A stretch of 64,000 nucleotides of DNA from Eledone cirrhosa (taxonomy: Eukaryota). The position numbers and the translations under genes were made by a program. This document shows, piece by piece, positions 12,401 through 25,840 of the stretch. The notes beneath the pieces are model-generated. The model did no database searches. It worked only from the letters and a program-made list of their open reading frames with translations, and was not told the origin of the DNA. The stretch is taken from assembly GCA_964016885.1 (NCBI GenBank), contig OZ024744.1:46996001-47060000 (forward strand), written 5' to 3'. The stretch's first letter is position 1. The number at the start of each line of letters is the position of its first letter.

Positions 12401-15400
12401 GTGCTTTTTGCTGTGTCCTTCACACGTCAACTTTACAGTGTGGGCTGGGTGCTTTTTGCTGTGTCTTTCACATATCCACTTTACAGTGTGGGCTGTGTGC
12501 TTTTTGCAGTGTCTTTCACACGTCCACTTTACAGTGTGGGCTGGGTGATTTTTGCTGTGTCTTTCACATGTCCACTTTACAGTGTGGGCTGGGTGCTTTT
12601 TGCTGTGTCTTTCACATATCCATTTTACAGTGTGGGCTGGGTGCTTTTTGCTGAGTCTTTCACACGTCCACTTTACAGTGTGGGCTGGGTGCTTTTTGCT
12701 GTGTCTTTCACACGTCCACTTCACAGTGTGGGCTGGGTGCTTTTGCTGTGTCTTTCACATGTCCACTTTACAATGTGGGCTGGGTGCTTTTTGCTGTGTC
12801 TTTCACATGTCCACTTTACAGTGTGGGCTGGGTGCTTGTTGCTGTGTCTTTCTCACGTCCACTTTACAGTGTGGGCTGGGTGCTTTTTGCTGTGTCTTTC
12901 ACATGTCCACTTTACAGTGTGGGCTGGGTGCTTTTTTCAGTGTCTTTCACACGTCCACTTTACAGTGTGGGCTGTGTGCTTGTTGCTGTGTCTTTCTCAC
13001 GTCCACTTTACAGTGTGGGCTGGGTGCTTTTTGCTGTGTCTTTCACATGTCCACTTTACAGTGTGGACTGGGTGCTTTTTGCAGTATCTTTCACACGTCC
13101 ACTTTACAGTGTGGGCTGGGTGCTTTTTGCTGTGTCTTTCACATGTTCACTTTACAGTGTGGGCTGGGTGCTTTTTACTGTGTCTTTCACATGTCCACTT
13201 TACAGTGTGGGCTGGGTGCTTTTTGCTGTGTCTTTCACATGTCCACTTTACAGTGTGGGCTGGGTGCTTTTTGCTGTGTCTTTCACATGTCCAATTTACA
13301 GTGTAGGCTGGGTGCTTTTTGCAGTGTCTTTCACACGTCCACTTTACAGTGTGGGCTGGGTGCTTTTTGCTGTGTCTTTCACACGTCAACTTTACAGTGT
13401 GGGCTGGGTGCTTTTTGCTGTGTCTTTCACATATCCACTTTACAGTGTGGGCTGTGTGCTTTTTGCAGTGTCTTTCACACGTCCACTTTACAGTGTGGGC
13501 TGGGTGATTTTTGCTGTGTCTTTCACATGTCCACTTTAAAGTGTGGGCTCGGTGCTTTTTGCAGTGTCTTTCACACGTCCACTTTACAGTGTGGGCTGGG
13601 TGCTTTTTGCTGTGTCTTTCACATGTCCACTTTACAGTGTGGGCTGGGTGCTTTTTGCTGTGTCTTTCACATATCCATTTTACAGTGTGGGCTGGGTGCT
13701 TTTTGCTGAGTCTTTCACACGTCCACTTTACAGTGTGGGCTGGGTGCTCTTTGCTGTGTCTTTCACACGTCCACTTTACAGTGTGGGCTGGGTGCTTTTG
13801 CTGTGTCTTTCACATGTCCACTTTACAATGTGGGCTGGGTGCTTTTTGCTGTGTCTTTCAGATGTCCACTTTACAGTGTGGGCTGGGTGCTTGTTGCTGT
13901 GTCTTTCTCACGTCCACTTTACAGTGTGGGCTGGGTTCTTTTTGCTGTGTCTTTCACATGTCCACTTTACAGTGTGGGCTGGGTGCTTTTTTCAGTGTCT
14001 TTCACACGTCCACTTTACAGTGTGGGCTGGGTGCTTGTTGCCGTGTCTTTCTCACGTCCACTTTACAGTGTGGGCTGGGTGCTTTTTGCTGTGTCTTTCA
14101 CATGTGCACTTTACAGTGTGGACTGGGTGCTTTTTGCAGTATCTTTCACACGTCCACTTTACAGTGTGGGCTGGGTGCATTTTGCTGTGTCTTTCACATG
14201 TCCACTTTACAGTGTAGGCTGGGTGCTTTTTGCAGTGTCTTTCACACGTCCACTTTACAGTGTGGGCTGGGTGCTTTTTGCTGTGTCTTTCACACGTCCA
14301 CTTTACAGTGTAGGCTGGGTGCTTTTTGCTGTGTCTTTCACATGTCCACTTTACAGTGTGGGCTGGGTGCTTTTTGCTGTGTCTTTCACATGTCCACTTC
14401 ACAGTGTGGGCTGGGTGCTTTTTGCTGTGTCTTTCACATGTCCACTTTACAGTGTGGGCTGGGTGCTTTTGCTGTGTCTTTCACATGTCCACTTTACAGT
14501 GTGGGCTGGGTGCTTTTTGCTGTGTCTTTCACATGTCCACTTTACAATGTGAGCTGGGTGCATTTTGCTGTGTCTTTCACATGTCCACATTACAGTGTGG
14601 GCTGGGTGATTGTTGCTGTGTCTTTCTCACGTCCACTTTACAGTGTGGGCTGGGTGCTTTTTGCTGTGTCTTTCACATGTCCACTTTACAGTGTGGGCTG
14701 GGTGCTTTTTTCAGTCTTTCACACGTCCACTTTACAGTGTGGGCTGGGTGCTTTTTGCTGTGTCTTTCACATGTCCACTTTACAGTGTGGGCTGGGTGAT
14801 TTTTGCTGTGTCTTTCACATGTCCACTTTACAGTGTGGGCTGGGTGCTTTTTGCAGTGTCTTTCACACGTCCACTTTACAGTGTGGGCTGGGTGCTTTTT
14901 GCTGTGTCTTTCACACGTCCACTTTACAGTGTAGGCTGGGTGCTTTTTGCTGTGTCTTTCACATGTCCACTTTACAGTGTGGGCTGGGTGCTTTTTGCTG
15001 TGTCTTTCACATGTCCACTTCACAGTGTGGGCTGGCTGCTTTTTGCTGTGTCTTTCACATGTCCACTTTACAGTGTGGGCTGGGTGCTTTTGCTGTGTCT
15101 TTCACATGTCCACTTTACAGTGTGGGCTGGGTGCTTTTTGCTGTGTCTTTCACATGTCCACTTTACAATGTGAGCTGGGTGCATTTTGCTGTGTCTTTCG
15201 CATGTCCACTTGACAGTGTGGGCTGGGTGCATGTTGCTGTGTCTTTCTCACGTCCACTTTACAGTGTGGGCTGGGTGCTTTTTGCTGTGTCTTTCACATG
15301 TCCACTTTACAGTGTGGGCTGGGTGCTTTTTGCAGTGTCTTTCACACGTCCACTTTACAGTGTGGGCTGGGTGCTTTTTGCTGTGTCTTTCACACGTCCA

Positions 15401-15700
15401 CTTTATAGTGTGGGCTGGGTGATTTTTGCTGTGTCTTTCACATGTCCACTTTACAGTGTGGGCTGGGTGCTTTTTGCTGTGTCTTTCACATGTCCACTTT
15501 ACAGTGTGCGCCGGGTGCTTTTTGCTGTGACTTTCACATGTCCACTTTACAGTGTGGGCTGGGTGCTTGTTGCTGTGTCTTTCTCACGTCCACTTTACAG
15601 TGTGGGCTGGGTGCTTTTTGCTGTGTCTTTCACATGTCCACTTTACAGTGTTGGCTGGGTGCTTTTTTCAGTGTCTTTCACACGTCTACTTTACAGTGTG
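9480..15700. repeat. Higher-order duplication with ~3.55-3.64 kb offset (about 9.5-12.2 kb versus 13.1-15.7 kb)
   Basis: The marker TTTAAAGTGTGGGCTCGG occurs at ~9893 and ~13535. ORF pairs 9505/13147 and 9901/13543 are offset by 3,642, 10779/14326 by 3,547, and 11402/14947 and 11641/15186 by 3,545. Confidence 0.75.
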
Positions 15701-18700
15701 GGCTGGGTGCTTGTTGCTGTGTCTTTCTCACGTCCACTTTACAGTGAGGGCTGGGTGCTTTTTGCTGTGTCTTTCACATGTCCACTTTACAGTGTGGACT
15801 GGGTGCTTTTTGCAGTGTCTTTCACACGTCCACTTTACAGTGTGGGCTGGGTGCTTTTTGCTGTGTCTTTCACACGTCCACTTTACAGTGTAGGCTGGGT
15901 GCTTTTTGCTGTGTCTTTCACATGTCCACTTTATAGTGTGGGCTGGGTGCTTTTTGCTGTGTCTTTCACATGTCCACTTCACAGTGTGGGCTGGGTGCTT
16001 TTTGCTGTGTCTTTCACATGTCCACTTTACAGTGTGGGCTGGGTGCTTTTGCTGTGTCTTTCACATGTCCACTTTACAGTGTGGGCTGGGTGCTTTTTGC
16101 TGTGTCTTTCACATGTCCACTTTACAATGTGAGCTGGGTGCATTTTGCTGTGTCTTTCACATGTCCACTTTACAGTGTGGGCTGGGTGATTGTTGCTGTG
16201 TCTTTCTCACGTCCACTTTACAGTGTGGGCTGGGTGCTTTTTGCTGTGTCTTTCACATGTCCACTTTACAGTGTGGGCTGGGTGCTTTTTGTCAGTGTCT
16301 TTCACACGTCCAGTTTACAGTGTGGGCTGGGTGCTTTTTGCTGTCTTTCACATGTCCACTTTACAGTGTGGGCTGGGTGATTTTTGCTGTGTCTTTCACA
16401 TGTCCACTTTACAGTGTGGGCTGGGTGCTTTTTGCAGTGTCTTTCACACGTCCACTTTACAGTGTGGGCTGGGTGCTTTTTGCTGTGTCTTTCACACGTC
16501 CACTTTACAGTGTAGGCTGGGTGCTTTTTGCTGTGTCTTTCACATGTCCACTTTACAGTGTGGGCTGGGTGCTTTTTGCTGTGTCTTTCACATGTCCACT
16601 TCACAGTGTGGGCTGGCTGCTTTTTGCTGTGTCTTTCACATGTCCACTTTACAGTGTGGTCTGGGTGCTTTTGCTGTGTCTTTCACATGTCCACTTTACA
16701 GTGTGGGCTGGGTGCTTTTTGCTGTGTCTTTCACATGTCCACTTTACAATGTGAGCTGGGTGCATTTTGCTGTGTCTTTCGCATGTCCACTTTACAGTGT
16801 GGGCTGGGTGCATGTTGCTGTGTCTTTCTCACGTCCACTTTACAGTGTGGGCTGGGTGCTTTTTGCTGTGTCTTTCACATGTCCACTTTACAGTGTGGGC
16901 TGGGTGCTTTTTGCAGTGTCTTTCACACGTCCACTTTACAGTGTGGGCTGGGTGCTTTTTGCTGTGTCTTTCACACGTCCACTTTATAGTGTGGGCTGGG
17001 TGCTTTTTGCTGTGTCTTTCACATGTCCACTTTACAGTGTGGGCTGGGTGCTTTTTGCTGTGTCTTTCACATGTCCACTTTACAATGTGCGCCGGGTGCT
17101 TTTTGCTGTGACTTTCACATGTCCACTTTACAGTGTGGGCTGGGTGCTTTTTGCTGTGTCTTTCTCACGTCCACTTTACAGTGTGGGCTGGGTGCTTTTT
17201 GCTTTGTCTTTCACACGTCAACTTTACAGTGTGGGCTGGGTCTTTTTGCTGTGTCTTTCACATGTCCACTTTACAGTGTGGGCTGTGTGCTTTTTGCAGT
17301 GTCTTTCACACGTCAACTTTACAGTGTGGGCTGGGTGCTTTTTGCTGTGTCCTTCACACGTCAACTTTACAGTGTGGGCTGGGTGCTTTTTGCTGTGTCT
17401 TTCACATATCCACTTTACAGTGTGGGCTGTGTGCTTTTTGCAGTGTCTTTCACACGTCCACTTTACAGTGTGGGCTGGGTGATTTTTGCTGTGTCTTTCA
17501 CATGTCCAACTTTACAGTGTGGGCTCGGTGCTTTTTGCAGTGTCTTTCACACGTCCACTTTACAGTGTGGACTGGGTGCTTTTTGCTGTGTCTTTCACAT
17601 GTCCACTTTACAGTGTGGGCTGGGTGCTTTTTGCTGTGTCTTTCACATATCCATTTTACAGTGTGGGCTGGGTGCTTTTTGCTGAGTCTTTCACACGTCC
17701 ACTTTACAGTGTGGGCTGGGTGCTTTTTGCTGTGTCTTTCACACGTCCACTTCACAGTGTGGGCTGGGTGCTTTTGCTGTGTCTTTCACATGTCCACTTT
17801 ACAATGTGGGCTGGGTGCTTTTTGCTGTGTCTTTCACATGTCCACTTTACAGTGTGGGCTGGGTGCTTTTTTCAGTGTCTTTCACACGTCCACTTTACAG
17901 TGTGGGCTGGGTGCTTTTTGCTGTGTCTTTCTCACGTCCACTTTACAGTGTGGGCTGGGTGCTTTTTGCTGTGTCTTTCACATGTCCACTTTACAGTGTG
18001 GACTGGGTGCTTTTTGCAGTGTCTTTCACACGTCCACTTTACAGTGTGGGCTGGGTGCTTTTTGCTGTGTCTTTCACATGTCCACTTTACAGTGTGGGCT
18101 GTGTGCTTTTTACTGTGTCTTTCACATGTCCACTTTACAGTGTGGGCTGGGTGCTTTTTGCTGTGTCTTTCACATGTCCACTTTACAGTGTGGGCTGGGT
18201 GCTTTTTGCTGTGTCTTACACATGTCCAATTTACAGTGTAGGCTGGGTGCTTTTTGCAGTGTCTTTCACACGTCCACTTTACAGTGTGGGCTGGGTGCTT
18301 TTTGCTCTGTCTTTCACACGTCCACTTTACAGTGTAGGCTGGGTGCTTTTTGCTGTGTCTTTCACATGTCCACTTTACAGTGTGGGCTGGGTGCTTTTTG
18401 CTGTGTCTTTTACATGTCCACTTCACAGTGTGGTCTGGGTGCTTTTTGCTGTGTCTTTCACATGTCCACTTTACAGTGTGGGCTGGGTGATTTTGCTGTG
18501 TCTTTCACATGTCCACTTTACATTGTGGGCTGGGTGCTTTTTGCTGTGTCTTTCACATGTCCACTTTACAATGTGAGCTGGGTGCATTTTGCTGTGTCTT
18601 TCACATGTCCACTTTACAGTGTGGGCTGGGTGATTGTTGCTGTGTCTTTCTCACGTCCACTTTACAGTGTGGGCTGTGTGCTTTTTGCTGTGTCTTTCAC

Positions 18701-21700
18701 ATGTCCACTTTACAGTGTGGGCTGGGTGCTTTTTTCAGTGTCTTTCACACGTCCACTTTACAGTGTGGGCTGGGTGCTTTTTGCTGTGTCTTTCACATGT
18801 CCACTTTACAGTGTGGGCTGGGTGATTTTTGCTGTGTCTTTCACATGTCCACTTTACATTGTGGGCTGGGTGATTTTTGCAGTGTCTTTCACACGTCCAC
18901 TTTACAGTGTGGGCTGGGTGCTTTTTGCTGTGTCTTACACACGTCCACTTTATAGTGTGGGCTGGGTGCTTTTTGCTGTTTCTTTCACATGTCCACTTTA
19001 CAGTGTGGGCTGGGTGCTTTTTGCTGTGTCTTTCACATGTCCACTTTACAATGTGCGCCGGGTGCTTTTTGCTGTGACTTTCACATGTCCACTTTACAGT
19101 GTGGGCTGGGTGCTTTTTGCTGTGTCTTTCTCACGTCCACTTTACAGTGTGGGCTGGGTGCTTTTTGCTTTGTCTTTCACACGTCAACTTTACAGCGTGG
19201 GCTGGGTCTTTTTGCTGTGTCTTTCACATGTCCACTTTACAGTGTGGGCTGTCTGCTTTTTGCAGTGTCTTTCACACGTCAACTTTACAGTGTGGGCTGG
19301 GTGCTTTTTGCTGTGTCCTTCACACGTCAACTTTACAGTGTGGGCTGGGTGCTTTTTGCTGTGTCTTTCACATATCCACTTTACAGTGTGGGCTGTGTGC
19401 TTTTTGCAGTGTCTTTCACACGTCCACTTTACAGTGTGGGCTGGGTGATTTTTGCTGTGTCTTTCACATGTCCACTTTACAGTGTGGGCTGGGTGCTTTT
19501 TGCAGTGTCTTTCACATATCCATTTTACAGTGTGGGCTGGGTGCTTTTTGCTGAGTCTTTCACACGTCCACTTTACAGTGTGGGCTGGGTGCTTTTTGCT
19601 GTGTCTTTCACACGTCCACTTCACAGTGTGGGCTGGGTGCTTTTGCTGTGTCTTTCACATGTCCACTTTACAATGTGGGCTGGGTGCTTTTTGCTGTGTC
19701 TTTCACATGTCCACTTTACAATGTGAGCTGGGTGCTTTTTGCTGTGTCTTTTACATGTCCAATTTACAGTGTGGGCTGGGTGCTTGTTGCTGTGTCTTTC
19801 TCACGTCCACTTTACAGTGTGGGCTGGGTGCTTTTTGCTGTCTTTCACATGTCCACTTTACAGTGTGGGCTGGGTGCTTTTTGCAGTGTCTTTCACACGT
19901 CCACTTTACAGTGTGGTCTGGGTGCTTGTTGCTGTCTCTTTCTCACGTCCACTTTACAGTGTGGGCTGGGTGCTTTTTGCTGTGTCTTTCACATGTCCAT
20001 TTACAGTGTGGACTGGGTGTTTTTGCTGTGTCTTTCACACGTCCACTTTACAGTGTGGGCTGGGTGCTTTTTGCTGTGTCTTTCACATGTCCACTTTACA
20101 GTGTGGGCTGGGTGCTTTTTACTGTGTCTTTCACATGTCCACTTTACAGTGTGGGCTGGGTGCTTTTTGCTGTGTCTTTCACATGTCCACTTTACAGTGT
20201 GGGCTGGGTGCTTTTTGCTGTGTCTTTCACATGTCCAATTTACAGTGTAGGCTGGGTGCTTTTTGCAGTGTCTTTCACACGTCCACTTTACAGTGTGGGC
20301 TGGGTGCTTTTTGCTGTGTCTTTCACACGTCAACTTTACAGTGTGGGCTGGGTGCTTTTTGCTGTGTCTTTCACATATCCACTTTACAGTGTAGGCTGTG
20401 TGCTTTTTGCAGTGTCTTTCACACGTCCACTTTACAGTGTGGGCTGGGTGATTTTTGCTGTGTCTTTCACATGTCCACTTTACAGTGTGGGCTCGGTGCT
20501 TTTTTGCAGTGTCTTTCACACGTCCACTTTACAGTGTGGGCTGGGTGCTTTTTGCTGTGTCTTTCACATGTCCACTTTACAGTGTGGGCTGGGTGCTTTT
20601 TGCTGTGTCTTTCACATGTCCACTTCACAGTGTGGGCTGGCTGCTTTTTGCTGTGTCTTTCACATGTCCACTTTACAGTGTGGGCTGGGTGCTTTTGCTG
20701 TGTCTTTCACATGTCCACTTTACAGTGTGGGCTGGGTGCTTTTTGCTGTGTCTTTCACATGTCCACTTTACAATGTGAGCTGGGTGCATTTTGCTGTGTC
20801 TTTCGCATGTCCACTTTACAGTGTGGGCTGGGTGCATGTTGCTGTGTCTTTCTCACGTCCACTTTACAGTGTGGGCTGGGTGCTTTTTGCTGTGTCTTTC
20901 ACATGTCCACTTTACAGTGTGGGCTGGGTGCTTTTTGCAGTGTCTTTCACACGTCCACTTTACAGTGTGGGCTGGGTGCTTTTTGCTGTGTCTTTCACAC
21001 GTCCACTTTATAGTGTGGGCTGGGTGCTTTTTGCTGTGTCTTTCACATGTCCACTTTACAGTGTGGGCTGGGTGCTTTTTGCTGTGTCTTTCACATGTCC
21101 ACTTTACAGTGTGCGCCGGGTGCTTTTTGCTGTGACTTTCACATGTCCACTTTACAGTGTGGGCTGGGTGCTTGTTGCTGTGTCTTTCTCACGTCCACTT
21201 TACAGTGTGGGCTGGGTGCTTTTTGCTGTGTCTTTCACATGTCCACTTTACAGTGTTGGCTGGGTGCTTTTTTCAGTGTCTTTCACACGTCTACTTTACA
21301 GTGTGGGCTGGGTGCTTGTTGCTGTGTCTTTCTCACGTCCACTTTACAGTGAGGGCTGGGTGCTTTTTGCTGTGTCTTTCACATGTCCACTTTACAGTGT
21401 GGACTGGGTGCTTTTTGCAGTGTCTTTCACACGTCCACTTTACAGTGTGGGCTGGGTGCTTTTTGCTGTGTCTTTCACACGTCCACTTTACAGTGTAGGC
21501 TGGGTGCTTTTTGCTGTGTCTTTCACATGTCCACTTTATAGTGTGGGCTGGGTGCTTTTTGCTGTGTCTTTCACATGTCCACTTCACAGTGTGGGCTGGG
21601 TGCTTTTTGCTGTGTCTTTCACATGTCCACTTTACAGTGTGGGCTGGGTGCTTTTGCTGTGTCTTTCACATGTCCACTTTACAGTGTGGGCTGGGTGCTT

Positions 21701-24700
21701 TTTGCTGTGTCTTTCACATGTCCACTTTACAATGTGAGCTGGGTGCATTTTGCTGTGTCTTTCACATGTCCACTTTACAGTGTGGGCTGGGTGATTGTTG
21801 CTGTGTCTTTCTCACGTCCACTTTACAGTGTGGGCTGGGTGCTTTTTGCTGTGTCTTTCACATGTCCACTTTACAGTGTGGGCTGGGTGCTTTTTGTCAG
21901 TGTCTTTCACACGTCCAGTTTACAGTGTGGGCTGGGTGCTTTTTGCTGTCTTTCACATGTCCACTTTACAGTGTGGGCTGGGTGATTTTTGCTGTGTCTT
22001 TCACATGTCCACTTTACAGTGTGGGCTGGGTGCTTTTTGCTGTGTCTTTCACATGTCCACTTCACAGTGTGGGCTGGCTGCTTTTTGCTGTGTCTTTCAC
22101 ATGTCCACTTTACAGTGTGGTCTGGGTGCTTTTGCTGTGTCTTTCACATGTCCACTTTACAGTGTGGGCTGGGTGCTTTTTGCTGTGTCTTTCACATGTC
22201 CACTTTACAATGTGAGCTGGGTGCATTTTGCTGTGTCTTTCGCATGTCCACTTTACAGTGTGGGCTGGGTGCATGTTGCTGTGTCTTTCTCACGTCCACT
22301 TTACAGTGTGGGCTGGGTGCTTTTTGCTGTGTCTTTCACATGTCCACTTTACAGTGTGGGCTGGGTGCTTTTTGCAGTGTCTTTCACACGTCCACTTTAC
22401 AGTGTGGGCTGGGTGCTTTTTGCTGTGTCTTTCACACGTCCACTTTATAGTGTGGGCTGGGTGCTTTTTGCTGTGTCTTTCACATGTCCACTTTACAGTG
22501 TGGGCTGGGTGCTTTTTGCTGTGTCTTTCACATGTCCACTTTACAATGTGCGCCGGGTGCTTTTTGCTGTGACTTTCACATGTCCACTTTACAGTGTGGG
22601 CTGGGTGCTTTTTGCTGTGTCTTTCTCACGTCCACTTTACAGTGTGGGCTGGGTGCTTTTTGCTTTGTCTTTCACACGTCAACTTTACAGTGTGGGCTGG
22701 GTCTTTTTGCTGTGTCTTTCACATGTCCACTTTACAGTGTGGGCTGTGTGCTTTTTGCAGTGTCTTTCACACGTCAACTTTACAGTGTGGGCTGGGTGCT
22801 TTTTGCTGTGTCCTTCACACGTCAACTTTACAGTGTGGGCTGGGTGCTTTTTGCTGTGTCTTTCACATATCCACTTTACAGTGTGGGCTGTGTGCTTTTT
22901 GCAGTGTCTTTCACACGTCCACTTTACAGTGTGGGCTGGGTGATTTTTGCTGTGTCTTTCACATGTCCAACTTTACAGTGTGGGCTCGGTGCTTTTTGCA
23001 GTGTCTTTCACACGTCCACTTTACAGTGTGGACTGGGTGCTTTTTGCTGTGTCTTTCACATGTCCACTTTACAGTGTGGGCTGGGTGCTTTTTGCTGTGT
23101 CTTTCACATATCCATTTTACAGTGTGGGCTGGGTGCTTTTTGCTGAGTCTTTCACACGTCCACTTTACAGTGTGGGCTGGGTGCTTTTTGCTGTGTCTTT
23201 CACACGTCCACTTCACAGTGTGGGCTGGGTGCTTTTGCTGTGTCTTTCACATGTCCACTTTACAATGTGGGCTGGGTGCTTTTTGCTGTGTCTTTCACAT
23301 GTCCACTTTACAGTGTGGGCTGGGTGCTTTTTTCAGTGTCTTTCACACGTCCACTTTACAGTGTGGGCTGGGTGCTTTTTGCTGTGTCTTTCTCACGTCC
23401 ACTTTACAGTGTGGGCTGGGTGCTTTTTGCTGTGTCTTTCACATGTCCACTTTACAGTGTGGACTGGGTGCTTTTTGCAGTGTCTTTCACACGTCCACTT
23501 TACAGTGTGGGCTGGGTGCTTTTTGCTGTGTCTTTCACATGTCCACTTTACAGTGTGGGCTGTGTGCTTTTTACTGTGTCTTTCACATGTCCACTTTACA
23601 GTGTGGGCTGGGTGCTTTTTGCTGTGTCTTACACATGTGCAATTTACAGTGTAGGCTGGGTGCTTTTTGCAGTGTCTTTCACACGTCCACTTTACAGTGT
23701 GGGCTGGGTGCTTTTTGCTCTGTCTTTCACACGTCCACTTTACAGTGTAGGCTGGGTGCTTTTTGCTGTGTCTTTCAGATGTCCACTTTACAGTGTGGGC
23801 TGGGTGCTTTTTGCTGTGTCTTTTACATGTCCACTTCACAGTGTGGTCTGGGTGCTTTTTGCTGTGTCTTTCACATGTCCACTTTACAGTGTGGGCTGGG
23901 TGATTTTGCTGTGTCTTTCTCACGTCCACTTTACAGTGTGGGCTGTGTGCTTTTTGCTGTGTCTTTCACATGTCCACTTTACAGTGTGGGCTGGGTGCTT
24001 TTTTCAGTGTCTTTCACACGTCCACTTTACAGTGTGGGCTGGGTGCTTTTTGCTGTGTCTTTCACATGTCCACTTTACAGTGTGGGCTGGGTGATTTTTG
24101 CTGTGTCTTTCACATGTCCACTTTACATTGTGGGCTGGGTGATTTTTGCAGTGTCTTTCACACGTCCACTTTACAGTGTGGGCTGGGTGCTTTTTGCTGT
24201 GTCTTACACACGTCCACTTTATAGTGTGGGCTGGGTGCTTTTTGCTGTTTCTTTCACATGTCCACTTTACAGTGTGGGCTGGGTGCTTTTTGCTGTGTCT
24301 TTCACATGTCCACTTTACAATGTGCGCCGGGTGCTTTTTGCTGTGACTTTCACATGTCCACTTTACAGTGTGGGCTGGGTGCTTTTTGCTGTGTCTTTCT
24401 CACGTCCACTTTACAGTGTGGGCTGGGTGCTTTTTGCTTTGTCTTTCACACGTCAACTTTACAGCGTGGGCTGGGTCTTTTTGCTGTGCCTTTCACATGT
24501 CCACTTTACAGTGTGGGCTGTCTGCTTTTTGCAGTGTCTTTCACACGTCAACTTTACAGTGTGGGCTGGGTGCTTTTTGCTGTGTCCTTCACACGTCAAC
24601 TTTACAGTGTGGGCTGGGTGCTTTTTGCTGTGTCTTTCACATATCCACTTTACAGTGTGGGCTGTGTGCTTTTTGCAGTGTCTTTCACACGTCCACTTTA

Positions 24701-25840
24701 CAGTGTGGGCTGGGTGATTTTTGCTGTGTCTTTCACATGTCCAACTTTACAGTGTGGGCTCGGTGCTTTTTGCAGTGTCTTTCACACGTCCACTTTACAG
24801 TGTGGGCTGGGTGATTTTTGCTGTGTCTTTCACATGTCCACTTTACAGTGTGGGCTGGGTGCTCTTTGCAGTGTCTTTCACATATCCATTTTACAGTGTG
24901 GGCTGGGTGCTTTTTGCTGAGTCTTTCACACGTCCACTTTACAGTGTGGGCTGGGTGCTTTTTGCTGTGTCTTTCACACGTCCACTTCACAGTGTGGGCT
25001 GGGTGCTTTTGCTGTGTCTTTCACATGTCCACTTTACAATGTGGGCTGGGTGCTTTTTGCTGTGTCTTTCACATGTCCACTTTACAATGTGAGCTGGGTG
25101 CTTTTTGCTGTGTCTTTTACATGTCCAATTTACAGTGTGGGCTGGGTGCTTGTTGCTGTGTCTTTCTCACGTCCACTTTACAGTGTGGGCTGGGTGCTTT
25201 TTGCTGTCTTTCACATGTCCACTTTACAGTGTGGGCTGGGTGCTTTTTGCAGTGTCTTTCTCACGTCCACTTTACAGTGTGGGCTGGGTGCTTTTTGCTG
25301 TGTCTTTCACATGTCCATTTACAGTGTGGATTGGGTGTTTTTGCTGTGTCTTTCACACGTCCACTTTACAGTGTGGGCTGGGTGCTTTTTGCTGTGTCTT
25401 TCACATGTCCACTTTACAGTGTGGGCTGGGTGCTTTTTACTGTGTCTTTCACATGTCCACTTTACAGTGTGGGCTGGGTGCTTTTTGCTGTGTCTTTCAC
25501 ATGTCCACTTTACAGTGTGGGCTGGGTGCTTTTTGCTGTGTCTTTCACATGTCCAATTTACAGTGTAGGCTGGGTGCTTTTTGCAGTGTCTTTCACACGT
25601 CCACTTTACAGTGTGGGCTGGGTGCTTTTTGCTGTGTCTTTCACACGTCAACTTTACAGTGTGGGCTGGGTGCTTTTTGCTGTGTCTTTCACATATCCAC
25701 TTTACAGTGTAGGCTGTGTGCTTTTTGCAGTGTCTTTCACACGTCCACTTTACAGTGTGGGCTGGGTGATTTTTGCTGTGTCTTTCACATGTCCACTTTA
25801 CAGTGTGGGCTCGGTGCTTTTTTGCAGTGTCTTTCACACG
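14950..25840. repeat. Tandem higher-order duplication of a ~5.3-5.6 kb block (about 14.95-20.55 kb versus 20.55-25.84 kb)
   Basis: Private variants are shared by both copies: AGTGAGGG (~15746/21351), the TTTTGTCAG insertion (~16291/21896), the CCAACTTT insertion (~17508/22969) and ACAGCGTGG (~19196/24465). ORF-track offsets are 5,605, 5,461, 5,269, 5,366 and 5,318. Confidence 0.85.
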
